This document shows positions 51,811 through 61,454 of a DNA stretch of 64,000 nt, piece after piece. The notes under the pieces are model-generated. The model was given only the letters and a program-made list of their open reading frames with translations. It was not told the origin of the DNA and ran no database searches. Location: the sequence record OR780565.1; one strand, written 5' to 3'. Every line of letters begins with the position of its first letter. Position 1 is the first letter of the stretch. Made by a program: the position numbers and the translations under genes. This DNA comes from Escherichia phage DCP2.

Positions 51811-52044
51811 ATGAAAACTTACCAAGAATTTATTGCTGAAACTGCTGATGTAAAAGTTGAGTTTATTTACACTGGCAAGAAAGATAAAATGGGTGAAATG
51901 CCTCATGGAGTTCTTCGTGATGCATTAGATAATTTCGGTCAACTCGCCGCAGAAGATTACGGTGATAAAATTGTTGTTACTGGTCCTGCTGCAGTTATTG
52001 AAAAATGGGCAGCAGAAAATAAATCAATTTTTCGTAAAAAATAA
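51811..52044 (+). CDS. ipI: internal protein I (capsid-targeted, injected)
   Basis: N-terminal capsid targeting sequence MKTYQEFIAE; about 77 aa; position next to 57B as in T4. Confidence 0.85.
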   Translation: MKTYQEFIAETADVKVEFIYTGKKDKMGEMPHGVLRDALDNFGQLAAEDYGDKIVVTGPAAVIEKWAAENKSIFRKK

Positions 52045-52074
52045 GTTTACTTTTAGATAGGGTAGTGATACTAT
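52045..52074 (+). promoter_or_regulatory. early promoter with embedded stem-loop (PeSL-like), second copy
   Basis: gtttac-N18-tactat with gataggg...ccctatc inverted repeat; shares the 19-nt string gtgatactattaccctatc with the copy at 51768. Confidence 0.5.
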
Positions 52075-52102
52075 TACCCTATCTACTACTGAGGAGAATA
52101 AA

Positions 52103-52288
52103 ATGAAACGTTGTGAATTAATTCGAAATGTTGCTATTGCAATTTCTGCTTCCGCTTTTAGTTTTTCAATGTTTGTTGGATTTATATGTGGATTATTGAC
52201 TACAGCAGAAAATGTGTTTTCACTTGTAGTAGCATTTTTAATTGGTTTAATTGCTATTGTTATGGATAAAATTTCTAAAGGTGAATAA
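52103..52288 (+). CDS. small hydrophobic membrane protein
   Basis: 61 aa with two predicted TM segments; GAGGAG RBS. Confidence 0.55.
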   Translation: MKRCELIRNVAIAISASAFSFSMFVGFICGLLTTAENVFSLVVAFLIGLIAIVMDKISKGE

Positions 52289-52686
52289 TGAACGTTGAAT
52301 ATTATGTATATGCGGATTACGAAAATAATCCGTCTAAAGATGAAGATAATCGTTTAGGTGTAGATGCTTTCGATTCCCCTGCGGCGGCATGGCAATGGGT
52401 TGAAAGAACCGATATTCCTTACCGTTATATTGAAGTGGTTGACCACGCAGGAAACAAGTATCCTAAGGAAGCATATGTTGCTTCCGGGAAGGTAAATTTC
52501 CTTTTGTTTGCAGGTGATAATTATTATCCCCGTGGTGGGTATACCGATTTAATTGCTAAAGCATTCTCTGAAGATGAACTCCGTGACATTATCAAAGAAA
52601 ATGAAAACAAACCGATGGATTCTAATCGCTTTGATTGGTGGCAAATCGTAAATGCTAATACTCACACTATTGTTGATGAAGGCTGA
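52288..52686 (+). CDS. hypothetical protein
   Basis: 132-aa ORF; ATG overlaps the upstream stop (TAATG). Confidence 0.55.
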   Translation: MNVEYYVYADYENNPSKDEDNRLGVDAFDSPAAAWQWVERTDIPYRYIEVVDHAGNKYPKEAYVASGKVNFLLFAGDNYYPRGGYTDLIAKAFSEDELRDIIKENENKPMDSNRFDWWQIVNANTHTIVDEG

Positions 52687-52688
52687 TA

Positions 52689-52976
52689 ATGATTCTTTAT
52701 GCGAAAGTATCATCCATTGAAAATGGATATAAATATGATCAAGACGCGGCTAAAGCTTTGATTGATGATTATGGCATTTTAACATGTTTTGAAGTTGAAA
52801 AGGTTTACATTGACCGTTCATCTTCTCAAGTTAAATTAGTGAAGGAAGAACGTAAATTTAATACAGTAAATTTTGATTTCTTTATTGAAACGGAAAAAGG
52901 TCCTCTTGAATATGATATTTTCAAGAATCCTTTGGGTCTTGAATGCATCGTAAATATGTATTATCATAAATGGTAA
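52689..52976 (+). CDS. hypothetical protein
   Basis: 95-aa ORF with ATG start in an early-gene block. Confidence 0.5.
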   Translation: MILYAKVSSIENGYKYDQDAAKALIDDYGILTCFEVEKVYIDRSSSQVKLVKEERKFNTVNFDFFIETEKGPLEYDIFKNPLGLECIVNMYYHKW

Positions 52977-53086
52977 ATATGCTTTAAGAATTATTTGTTA
53001 TTATTAACTTATATCGCACTGATTAATACCCTCTATCATCAAGGGCTCTTTCCTGAGAGCCTTTGTTAATAATTGGGAATCATATT

Positions 53087-53695
53087 ATGGATACTAAATT
53101 AGCTGAAATTTTTGAAGGAAAACATCCAAATTTTAGTACAGGAAAGCTGAAAGACAAAATAATAAAAGAAAATATTTTTCCATATGAGTGTGCAATTTGT
53201 AAAATTTCAAAATGGCAAAATAAGCATATTGTTCTGCAATTAGACCATATTGATGGAAATAACAAAAATCATCTTAAATCAAATTTAAGATTATTATGTC
53301 CAAATTGCCATTCGCAAACTGATACTTTTGCTGGTAAAAATATTAAAAATAATAAAAAGCGTTATAATGTTAGTGATGAAGAAATTTTAAACGCATTATT
53401 AAATTCGGCTACTATATCATCTGCAATTACTTCATTAGGTTTAAGTAAAGGCGGAAACTATAAAAGATTCATTAAAATTGCTAATGATAATAAATTATAT
53501 CATTTACTGGTAAATATTAATGAAAAGATTTTAACTGATGAAATTTACGAAGAATTAGTTAAAATCGATTATTCTAAATTTGGATGGGTTAGTAAAGCTG
53601 CTAAAATAATAGGTATAAGCCCACAAAAAGCTAGAAAATGGATAGAACGAAAATGTCCAGAATTGATAGAACAATCTTTTTCACGTAATAAATAA
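53087..53695 (+). CDS. HNH homing endonuclease immediately upstream of the tRNA cluster
   Basis: HNH motif (LQLDHIDGNNKNHLKSNLRLLCPNCHSQ); first ATG at 53087 (the track start is TTG). Confidence 0.7.
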   Translation: MDTKLAEIFEGKHPNFSTGKLKDKIIKENIFPYECAICKISKWQNKHIVLQLDHIDGNNKNHLKSNLRLLCPNCHSQTDTFAGKNIKNNKKRYNVSDEEILNALLNSATISSAITSLGLSKGGNYKRFIKIANDNKLYHLLVNINEKILTDEIYEELVKIDYSKFGWVSKAAKIIGISPQKARKWIERKCPELIEQSFSRNK

Positions 53696-53701
53696 TATAG
53701 A

Positions 53702-53788
53702 GCGAGAATGGTCAAATTGGTAAAGGCACAGCACTTAAAATGCTGCGGAATGATTTCCTTGTGGGTTCGAGTCCCACTTCTCGCACCA
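53702..53788 (+). tRNA. tRNA-Leu (anticodon TAA), CCA encoded
   Basis: Manual cloverleaf: gcgagaa/ttctcgc acceptor, anticodon loop cttaaaa, long variable arm, ggttcgagtcc T-arm. Confidence 0.8.
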
Positions 53789-53793
53789 AATTT

Positions 53794-53867
<74 letters not shown>

Positions 53868-53877
53868 ATTTAATTTA

Positions 53878-53951
53878 CTCCGTGTAGCTCAGTTTGGTAG
53901 AGCGCCTGATTTGGGATCAGGAGGTCCAAGGTTCAAATCCTTGTATGGAGA
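53878..53951 (+). tRNA. tRNA-Pro (anticodon TGG), no encoded CCA
   Basis: Manual cloverleaf: anticodon loop tttggga, ggttcaaatcc T-arm; 2 nt upstream of tRNA-Ser (dimeric precursor arrangement). Confidence 0.75.
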
Positions 53952-53953
53952 CT

Positions 53954-54043
53954 GGAGGCGTGGCAGAGTGGTTTAATGCACCGGTCTTGAAAACCGGCAG
54001 TCGCTCCGGCGACTCATAGGTTCAAATCCTATCGCCTCCGCCA
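53954..54043 (+). tRNA. tRNA-Ser (anticodon TGA), long variable arm
   Basis: Manual cloverleaf: ggaggcg/cgcctcc acceptor, anticodon loop cttgaaa, long variable arm, CCA encoded. Confidence 0.8.
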
Positions 54044-54047
54044 GTTT

Positions 54048-54124
54048 TGCTGATTTAGCTCAGTAGGTAGAGCAACTCACTTGTAATGAGAAGGTCGGCG
54101 GTTCGATTCCGTCAATCAGCACCA
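54048..54124 (+). tRNA. tRNA-Thr (anticodon TGT)
   Basis: Manual cloverleaf: tgctgat/atcagca acceptor, anticodon loop cttgtaa, ggttcgattcc T-arm. Confidence 0.75.
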
Positions 54125-54125
54125 A

Positions 54126-54199
54126 GGCCCTGTAGCTGGAAGGTTCAAGCAAGCGACTCATAATCGCCAGATGGTGGTTCAATTCCACCCAGGGCCACC
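54126..54199 (+). tRNA. tRNA-Ile/Met (anticodon CAT; probably lysidine-modified Ile as in T4)
   Basis: Manual cloverleaf: ggccctg/cagggcc acceptor, anticodon loop ctcataa. Confidence 0.75.
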
Positions 54200-54208
54200 A
54201 AATTAATT

Positions 54209-54296
54209 TGGGGAGTTATCCCGTAGAGGTAGCGGTGTGGACTGTAAATCCATTGTCATTGCGACTCGGGTGGTTCGACTCCACCACTCCCCACCA
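54209..54296 (+). tRNA. tRNA-Tyr (anticodon GTA), long variable arm
   Basis: Manual cloverleaf: ggggagt/actcccc acceptor, anticodon loop ctgtaaa, ggttcgactcc T-arm. Confidence 0.7.
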
Positions 54297-54300
54297 ATTT

Positions 54301-54375
54301 GGATGTGTAGCTCAATGGCAGAGCGATCGCCTGTTAAGCGATTGGTTATAGGTTCGAATCCTATCACGTCCGCCA
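54301..54375 (+). tRNA. tRNA-Asn (anticodon GTT)
   Basis: Manual cloverleaf: anticodon stem atcgc/gcgat with loop ctgttaa, ggttcgaatcc T-arm. Confidence 0.75.
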
Positions 54376-54489
54376 AATTTGTGACAACTGTCACATTAAT
54401 ATCTACTTGACGCGATTATAGGGGTTGAACTGATCACTCTTCTCTTAATTTCGTGTGAAGACATCTTGATTGTTGGAGTAGGTATTAAT

Positions 54490-54565
54490 GTGGCCGTAGT
54501 TCAGTTGGTAGAACTCGAGATTGTGATTCTCGTAGTCATGGGTTCGACTCCCATCGGTCACCCCA
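54490..54565 (+). tRNA. tRNA-His (anticodon GTG) with extra 5' G(-1)
   Basis: Manual cloverleaf: anticodon loop ttgtgat; 8-bp acceptor stem including G-1 opposite discriminator C. Confidence 0.75.
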
Positions 54566-54569
54566 ATTA

Positions 54570-54645
54570 CGGGGCATAGCTCAGAAGGAAGAGCAAGGAC
54601 CTTCTAAGTCCTAGGTCGTAGGTTCGATCCCTACTGCCTCGACCA
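54570..54645 (+). tRNA. tRNA-Arg (anticodon TCT)
   Basis: Manual cloverleaf: anticodon stem aggac/gtcct with loop cttctaa, ggttcgatcc T-arm. Confidence 0.8.
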
Positions 54646-54663
54646 ATTATAAGTGAGGAAAAT

Positions 54664-55014
54664 ATGAAAGGTAATGTTTATTTAGTAGTTCATGATTTAA
54701 CATTCTATTTTAATCATAATGATACTGTTATTTCTGAACGTGTAATTAATTTGCTTTATCAGCATGCAGATTATGTTTATGTCGAAAACGAATATGGTCA
54801 TTGGCAATTTCTCAAAAATCGTTCATTTGGTTTAGATGGTTACGAATATTTTGATCGTAAAGACCTTTTAGATACAATTCCGTTATCTACACAATATCAA
54901 AATCATAAGTCTTTACATAAATGCCGGCTAATTCGAAATGCTGAATCCGCGTATGAAGCAATTGATTTGTGGCGTAAACGCCGTGAATATATTGATTCTT
55001 TAAAAGAATATTAA
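54664..55014 (+). CDS. hypothetical protein downstream of the tRNA cluster
   Basis: 116-aa ORF with GAGGAAA RBS and ATG start. Confidence 0.55.
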   Translation: MKGNVYLVVHDLTFYFNHNDTVISERVINLLYQHADYVYVENEYGHWQFLKNRSFGLDGYEYFDRKDLLDTIPLSTQYQNHKSLHKCRLIRNAESAYEAIDLWRKRREYIDSLKEY

Positions 55015-55318
55015 GAAACCGGGTCGCTACCGGTAAGTCGTCGGACTGATGTTCCCTGGAGTATAGTTTCCTCCCACAGTTTTACTGTGTTCTGGCTCTT
55101 TACTATCACAGCAGAAACGGCGCACCGAATTATCGATTCGAGGAAATATCTTTGCCGTAAGCCGAGTAGCGTTTTTGACGGAACGTTCGGATATGGTCGA
55201 GATATGGCCTTTTAAAAATATTGAGTAGCGTCAACTACTTAATAACCGGGTTCGAATCCCGGCGTTTCGTACAAACACTTGCCTTAGCAGGTGGAACCCC
55301 GACAAGGTTGCCGCAAGG
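55015..55318 (+). ncRNA. GC-rich structured non-coding region; candidate small stable RNA(s)
   Basis: About 300 bp with no convincing ORF, above-background GC, and a tRNA-like T-arm (ccgggttcgaatcccgg); T4 has stable RNAs of unknown function near its tRNA cluster. Confidence 0.35.
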
Positions 55319-55349
55319 CTTAGCCCCGACCGAAAGGTTGGGGCTTTTT
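55319..55349 (+). terminator. 31-nt hairpin plus T-run (repeat copy 1)
   Basis: cttagccccgaccgaaaggttggggcttttt; identical copy at 55876-55906; followed by TATAAATA at 55352-55359. Confidence 0.65.
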
Positions 55350-55397
55350 GGTATAAATATTAGTATATTAAATCTACAAATTAAAACAGGAAATAAG

Positions 55398-55871
55398 ATG
55401 AAATCATATACTCAATTTTTAAATGAAGCGGTGTTAAATGAAGCATCTAGCACCGAAATTCAAGCTGTTGCAAAAGCTGCCATTGCCGCGGGTAAATATT
55501 CCTATAAAGATGCTTCTGATGAATCGCGATTCCAGTTTGCACGCGACATGAAAGCGGAAGGATTTACGGGAAATGCAGTTAGTATGGCCTGGAAAAGTTT
55601 AGTTGCTACTGGCGCTGCTTTTGCAAAGGCTTCGGGTAAACCTGCTCCTAAAGCAGATCCTAAAGCGGCACAAGAAAAAAATATCGTTAAAGGAATTATC
55701 GCTAAATATGAAGCTATCCTTAAAGAGCTTTTAGTAATCAAAACCGAAGGCCAAAAGTTAGCCCGTGCTTATAGTTTCAAAGATAATCCACATGTTCACT
55801 CTCTTGAGTATGTTGAAGACATCCAAAAAATTATTAAAGACCGCATTTGGTCTGCTAAACAAATCAAATGA
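55398..55871 (+). CDS. internal protein (CTS-bearing, IPII/IPIII-class)
   Basis: N-terminal MKSYTQFLNE resembles the MKTYxEF(L/I)xE capsid targeting sequence; late promoter upstream; the track ORF's 5' extension is rejected. Confidence 0.7.
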   Translation: MKSYTQFLNEAVLNEASSTEIQAVAKAAIAAGKYSYKDASDESRFQFARDMKAEGFTGNAVSMAWKSLVATGAAFAKASGKPAPKADPKAAQEKNIVKGIIAKYEAILKELLVIKTEGQKLARAYSFKDNPHVHSLEYVEDIQKIIKDRIWSAKQIK

Positions 55872-55875
55872 CATT

Positions 55876-55906
55876 CTTAGCCCCGACCGAAAGGTTGGGG
55901 CTTTTT
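55876..55906 (+). terminator. 31-nt hairpin plus T-run (repeat copy 2)
   Basis: Exact repeat of 55319-55349, directly after the IP gene stop. Confidence 0.65.
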
Positions 55907-55996
55907 AGTTTGAATCACTCGGATAACGCTGTTACGGATAGTAACAAAGTAATAAATAATTAATAACCAACCGATAAATTATTTCAAGGATTTTAA

Positions 55997-56560
55997 ATGA
56001 AAACCTATGCCGAATTTTTAACCGAAGCAGCAAAATTACCATCTGAAGCAGATCTTACTAAAGTATTCTTCCAATTGGACCCAAAAGACCGCGGCGATTT
56101 TCTTAAGTGGAAAGCTAAAGCTATTGAAATGTACAACATCGATAATAGTTCTTTTACAATGAGTCAAGAAAATAAATTCAATAAAGCATTTTTCAAAATT
56201 TCTAAGAAATTGGCATCTGGCGCTCAGGTTCCTAAATCTGTGTTAGCTACTCCTGAACGCGCACCTGTTAAAATTTCTAAGAATATGTTCGACACTAAAA
56301 AATACGTTAATGCTTTGAATAAAGCTCTTGATGCATTGGATGATGCAAAGAAGGCAGCCCGCGATCTTCAAGACGTGTACACCGATTTTGACCGCAAAAC
56401 TAAAGGTTCTATTTCAAATAGCGAACGCAATAGTGTAAGTGTTTATTCTGATAGCCTTGATGTTCTTGGCGATGCGTATACTGAAATTAAAAATCGTATT
56501 AACACTGCATCTAAGCTAAAAGCTGCTGCAGAAGCTATAATAAGTAAACTAGGTAAATAA
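55997..56560 (+). CDS. internal protein (CTS-bearing, IPIII-like)
   Basis: N-terminal MKTYAEFLTE capsid targeting sequence; 187 aa; followed by ccctatc-taaat-gataggg hairpin plus T-run at 56569-56592. Confidence 0.7.
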   Translation: MKTYAEFLTEAAKLPSEADLTKVFFQLDPKDRGDFLKWKAKAIEMYNIDNSSFTMSQENKFNKAFFKISKKLASGAQVPKSVLATPERAPVKISKNMFDTKKYVNALNKALDALDDAKKAARDLQDVYTDFDRKTKGSISNSERNSVSVYSDSLDVLGDAYTEIKNRINTASKLKAAAEAIISKLGK

Positions 56561-56789
56561 TTTTAAATCCCTATCTAAATGATAGGGCTTTTTGGTATCT
56601 AGGCCTTTCTGGACCTCTCTAGGCATCATTTAGTTTATACCCTTTATAATATATTATCCTATCCTTTAATTGCCCATCCCTGCCCTAGAATTCCCTAAAA
56701 ATTTTTTCACAAAACTGTTTACATCTCTGTTCTTCCATGGTACTATACAACTATCAACTACTGATACAGAAAACAACTTGGAGAATGAA

Positions 56790-57053
56790 ATGGATAATTA
56801 CGGCGAACTGTTCAACTTCTTTATGAAATGCGTTTCAGAAGATTTCGGTCGTACAGTGAATGATATTAAAGTTATCGGTCCTGATCATCCGATGTTTGAA
56901 ACTTACGCAGTAATGGGTAATGAAGACGGTCAGTGGTATACTGTAAAAGTTGTGATTAATATGTTCACAGCAGAAGGTTATGTTAAACTGTCTTCTAAAG
57001 TTTACCATGATAACGACGAAATCGCAGAAGAATATTTCAATAATATGAAATAA
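56790..57053 (+). CDS. hypothetical small acidic protein
   Basis: Start set at the MDNYGELF ATG with GGAG RBS; early-promoter-like gtttac-N18-tactat at 56716-56745. Confidence 0.5.
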   Translation: MDNYGELFNFFMKCVSEDFGRTVNDIKVIGPDHPMFETYAVMGNEDGQWYTVKVVINMFTAEGYVKLSSKVYHDNDEIAEEYFNNMK

Positions 57054-57154
57054 GTTTACGCAGGCTCATGATTGAGATATTATGAGCCTATAATTTGACG
57101 ATAGAGTATTATACTCCTACGGATTTTAAATCTCAATTAACCTAAGGAAATACT

Positions 57155-57748
57155 ATGAACACACTGAAGAAAATTGTTGAGTTTATTCGCACTAAACTTG
57201 GTTCTGCTATGGCTAAAAATCTATCTGTCGAAGAACAGTATACTGCTGCAGCAGCAAAACTACTTGATAAAATTAAAGATCTAAAAACTGCTTCTGTTAA
57301 ATCTATTAACGAAGAAAAACGTATTCGTGAACTTGTTATCGAAAAGAATCGACAGGCCGAATCAAAAGAGCGTGAAATTCGTAAACTTCTTTCCGAAGGC
57401 CAAGATGTAACAATGCATGCTAAACTCGGTTTACTATATCGTCGAACAGCTGAGCAGTTGACTACTAAGGCTGACGGTTATGCTGAAATGCGAATTGAAA
57501 TCGCCAAGAAAGTAGTTGAGTTAGATGATGCTCGTCAAGAACTTGCGGTTAAATTGGAATATATCCGTGAAACTCGTGCAGCAAATGCCCTTGGAATTAG
57601 TACTGCCGATGATGTAGTTGAAATTGCAGCACTGACTAAGGTTGATATTGAAGATACCCTTGCTCGAGTTGAAACCTTTAACGGTAATATTTCTGGGGTT
57701 GAAACTACCTCTGCCGATGTTCAGGAATACATTAATTCTCTGAAATAA
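57155..57748 (+). CDS. coiled-coil protein, possibly PspA/IM30-like
   Basis: 197 aa, almost entirely heptad-rich helical sequence; the PspA-like call is a weak impression from composition only. Confidence 0.5.
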   Translation: MNTLKKIVEFIRTKLGSAMAKNLSVEEQYTAAAAKLLDKIKDLKTASVKSINEEKRIRELVIEKNRQAESKEREIRKLLSEGQDVTMHAKLGLLYRRTAEQLTTKADGYAEMRIEIAKKVVELDDARQELAVKLEYIRETRAANALGISTADDVVEIAALTKVDIEDTLARVETFNGNISGVETTSADVQEYINSLK

Positions 57749-57752
57749 TGAT

Positions 57753-57770
57753 AAGGGGCTTCGGCCCCTT
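57753..57770 (+). terminator. AAGGGGC-TTCG-GCCCCTT hairpin
   Basis: Perfect 7-bp inverted repeat with UUCG loop after the coiled-coil ORF. Confidence 0.6.
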
Positions 57771-57789
57771 ATACTTGGAGTAAATAGGA

Positions 57790-58404
57790 ATGAAAATGAA
57801 AATGCAAAGTGATTTCAATTCAATGTTTGAAGAGTTCCAAAGACAGGTTGATGTTCCAGACCAATTACTAAATGCTCTTAAACGCATGGCAGAAGGACGT
57901 AATTACTATTGGGGGTCTTCATATGAAACTGATGAAAGCCTTTCCGGAAGATTTTCTAGAGGTAAAAAGTCTTTAATACGTCCTGGAATACTTATTAACA
58001 GTATTGAATCAATTCATTTATTAACATGTGATTTTGACGTTGAATTTACTGATTTTGTTTCTCCTGAATGGACGGTCTGTTATTTAAACGACGATTATGA
58101 TTATCTTGGCGTTTATAGTTTAAGTGATGCACGGTTTAAACGTAATTTACAAAAGTCAAATTTATTTTATATTGATACTACGGTAAAATTTCAGGGCAAG
58201 AAATATTTCTTTACTCTTATAGTTGATTCTGAAACGAAGCATGAGAATAAACGTATTCTTAGTAAAAAGAATATCTTAACTATTGTTGATGATCTTTTTG
58301 ATAAATTCGTAGAAAATCCCAATTTTGAAAGCGATTTATTACTAGAAAAATTTGTTAAGGAATGTAGAGAATATGTCAAAACCATCACTATACCTTCCAA
58401 GTAA
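57790..58404 (+). CDS. hypothetical protein
   Basis: 204-aa ORF with ATG start and GGA RBS. Confidence 0.5.
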   Translation: MKMKMQSDFNSMFEEFQRQVDVPDQLLNALKRMAEGRNYYWGSSYETDESLSGRFSRGKKSLIRPGILINSIESIHLLTCDFDVEFTDFVSPEWTVCYLNDDYDYLGVYSLSDARFKRNLQKSNLFYIDTTVKFQGKKYFFTLIVDSETKHENKRILSKKNILTIVDDLFDKFVENPNFESDLLLEKFVKECREYVKTITIPSK

Positions 58405-58765
58405 ACCGTTGAAGTATGAATTAAAGCGCCAGCTAATTCCTACTGATGTATTAGTAGGTCCTGTGACAGCTGTATCATTTATAATCCTAATGATTATTGG
58501 AATAGTTATAGATGTTACTACTGATATTGAATCAGACGCAGTATTTCTGTTAGTATTAATTCTTCCATTAGTAGTTCCATTTTTATTAGTACCTGTAAAT
58601 TGGGTAGGATACTGGTATCAAGGAAGACATTATCGTAAACGCGTACGCGAATGGAAAGCTCAGTGTAAAAAGATTAAAAAGGAACATCAGCTTAAACTTG
58701 CTGCGTATGAATTTAATGAAATTATGAAATTTGTTAAGGAATCACGATGCAAAAGCCAAAACTAA
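58373..58765 (+). CDS. small 2-TM membrane protein, paralog A
   Basis: First ATG at 58373 (MSKPSLYLP); two hydrophobic helices then a basic tail ending ..FVKESRCK. Confidence 0.5.
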   Translation: MSKPSLYLPSKPLKYELKRQLIPTDVLVGPVTAVSFIILMIIGIVIDVTTDIESDAVFLLVLILPLVVPFLLVPVNWVGYWYQGRHYRKRVREWKAQCKKIKKEHQLKLAAYEFNEIMKFVKESRCKSQN

Positions 58766-59109
58766 ATAAAGTCAAATATTCGTTTCCAGAGGCACTATTA
58801 ATTCTTGCCATATCAGCATTTGCAGCTCTTGCAGGTAGTCTTATTGGATTAATGATTGACTGTCTTATTTTAAACATCGACGGCACAGTAAATATAACAG
58901 AAGTTTGGAGTGAGCTTTGTTATACTAAAATTATTTCATTGTTTTCATTCTTTGGTATCATTTTATATTTTCATTATGATAATTTTAAAATAAATTGGCA
59001 AAGAAAAAAGGATTACAAAATACAATTAAAAGAATATAATAACTACATGTCTTATATTGAAAAAGAATCAATGGAAGAGTTTGTGAGTGATTGCAGGAAA
59101 ATTAAATGA
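58747..59109 (+). CDS. small 2-TM membrane protein, paralog B
   Basis: 120 aa; two hydrophobic helices then basic tail ..EEFVSDCRKIK; the start lies within the end of paralog A. Confidence 0.55.
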   Translation: MQKPKLNKVKYSFPEALLILAISAFAALAGSLIGLMIDCLILNIDGTVNITEVWSELCYTKIISLFSFFGIILYFHYDNFKINWQRKKDYKIQLKEYNNYMSYIEKESMEEFVSDCRKIK

Positions 59110-59594
59110 TTTTAAAAACTCGCTGGTATGATTTAGATGATGGAGATGATGGCATTCCAGTTGATAGAGTTGATTGGAATGGCTGTTCCGAAGATATGAA
59201 AAATTTGTTGATTAGGGAGTTTAGAATGGGATATCAAGTAGTTAAGCCATCTACTGTAACAGACGATAAATTCGTTTGTATTCAAAACGGTCGTGCTAAG
59301 TTAACGAACGCTGAATGGTTTACGGATAAGAATATGCTTCTGTGGTATATCATTAGTCTTCCTGCGTCATCATTCGTATTTTACTTCTTTGGAAAAAATC
59401 CAATGGACAGAATAGGAGATTGGGCTCTTTGTACTATATTTGTTAATATTTTTACTGCAGCAATATTATCCGGAATATGGTGTGTGTTCATTGAAATGCC
59501 ATGGCGGTTACGCAGACAACAAAAGATTTTTGATGAAAAGAAATATGCTCAAAATTTAAATAACTTTATCACTGAATGCAGGAAATTAAAATGA
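59106..59594 (+). CDS. 2-TM membrane protein, paralog C
   Basis: 162 aa; soluble N-terminal region, two hydrophobic helices, tail ..NFITECRKLK; ATGA overlap with paralog B. Confidence 0.55.
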   Translation: MILKTRWYDLDDGDDGIPVDRVDWNGCSEDMKNLLIREFRMGYQVVKPSTVTDDKFVCIQNGRAKLTNAEWFTDKNMLLWYIISLPASSFVFYFFGKNPMDRIGDWALCTIFVNIFTAAILSGIWCVFIEMPWRLRRQQKIFDEKKYAQNLNNFITECRKLK

Positions 59595-60031
59595 AAACAT
59601 TATCAGCTGGTATTATCTTTATGACAGAAGATAAAGATTTATTTATGGGACGAGTTACCGGTTCTCGTAAACCTGGAATGATTGCACATCGCTGGGATAT
59701 TCCAAAGGGGCGTGTAGAAAGTTCTGATTTGAATGCACTGGAAGCTGCAAAAAGAGAATGCTCAGAAGAGACTGGTTTTATCGATTATAATCCAGACCTT
59801 CTAGAAGACTTAGGTGTATTTAAATATTCTAGTAATAAAGACTTACAGTTATTTTATTATACGATTCCAGTAGAGCATGAGATGTTTAGAAATTGCCATT
59901 GCGAGTCTTATTTTGAAAATAAAGATGGCGTTATGATTCCAGAGATGGATGCTTTTGCTCTTATTCCTCGTACTCAGTGGCAATATGTGATGGGTCCTTC
60001 ACTTTACCGAATAATGAACAGCCTCTTTTAA
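59576..60031 (+). CDS. nudE: NudE Nudix hydrolase
   Basis: 151 aa from the ATG at 59576 (alternative ATG at 59591 gives an ATGA overlap); Nudix box GRVESSDLNALEAAKRECSEETG; directly upstream of e as in T4. Confidence 0.8.
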   Translation: MQEIKMKTLSAGIIFMTEDKDLFMGRVTGSRKPGMIAHRWDIPKGRVESSDLNALEAAKRECSEETGFIDYNPDLLEDLGVFKYSSNKDLQLFYYTIPVEHEMFRNCHCESYFENKDGVMIPEMDAFALIPRTQWQYVMGPSLYRIMNSLF

Positions 60032-60834
<803 letters not shown>

Positions 60835-60835
60835 T

Positions 60836-60865
60836 GTTTACTTCCTCCAAGGACTTTGATACTAT
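60836..60865 (+). promoter_or_regulatory. early promoter with embedded stem-loop upstream of denV
   Basis: gtttac-N18-tactat; inverted repeat cctccaa (60844-60850) / ttggagg (60881-60887) pairs the promoter region with the denV Shine-Dalgarno. Confidence 0.5.
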
Positions 60866-60892
60866 ACATTCATCAACTACTTGGAGGAAATT

Positions 60893-61309
60893 ATGACTCG
60901 TATCAATTTAACACTTGTTTCTGAACTGACCGATCAACATCTTATGGCTGAGTATCGTGAATTGCCACGTGTTTTTGGTATAGTTCGTAAGCATGTGGCA
61001 AACGGTAAGCGCGCTAAAGATTTTAAAATATCTTCTAAATTTATTTTAGGTTCTGGTCATGTTACTTTCTTTTACGATAAGTTAGAATTTTTGCGAAAGC
61101 GTCAATCGGACATTATAACGGAATGCTTAAAACGCGGGTTCAGTATAAAAGATACTGAAGTTCCTGACATCAGCGATATTCCAGTAGAATGGAAAAATGA
61201 TTATAATCCATGCAAATCAGCTATTAAGTTGAGTCAACAACGACTCGATGAAAAAATTTTAATGAAGCCACACTGGTATAAGTATTACGGCAAAAATATT
61301 TACATTTAA
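60893..61309 (+). CDS. denV: endonuclease V, pyrimidine-dimer DNA glycosylase
   Basis: Start set at [12 protein letters not shown], giving 138 aa as in T4 DenV; GGAGG RBS. Confidence 0.9.
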   Translation: MTRINLTLVSELTDQHLMAEYRELPRVFGIVRKHVANGKRAKDFKISSKFILGSGHVTFFYDKLEFLRKRQSDIITECLKRGFSIKDTEVPDISDIPVEWKNDYNPCKSAIKLSQQRLDEKILMKPHWYKYYGKNIYI

Positions 61310-61454
61310 ATAACATGGGAATAACCTGGACCTCATGATTCTATGAGGGATTCCCGCCAACCTGTAATAAGGTCGAGCCCAAGTGCGGTAATGGGTAAAT
61401 ACAGAAATGGACAATTCATGCGCCATGGAATGGCCCAAATTTAGAGAGAATAAA

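Noticed and set aside
55221-55397. 5' extension of the track's 216-aa ORF
   Set aside because: The extension crosses a terminator hairpin and a late promoter; the true gene starts at the CTS ATG at 55398.
55319-55906. Possible CRISPR-like repeat-spacer arrangement from the identical 31-nt repeats
   Set aside because: Only two copies, separated by a protein-coding gene, and each is a hairpin plus T-run; these are duplicated terminators, not a CRISPR array.
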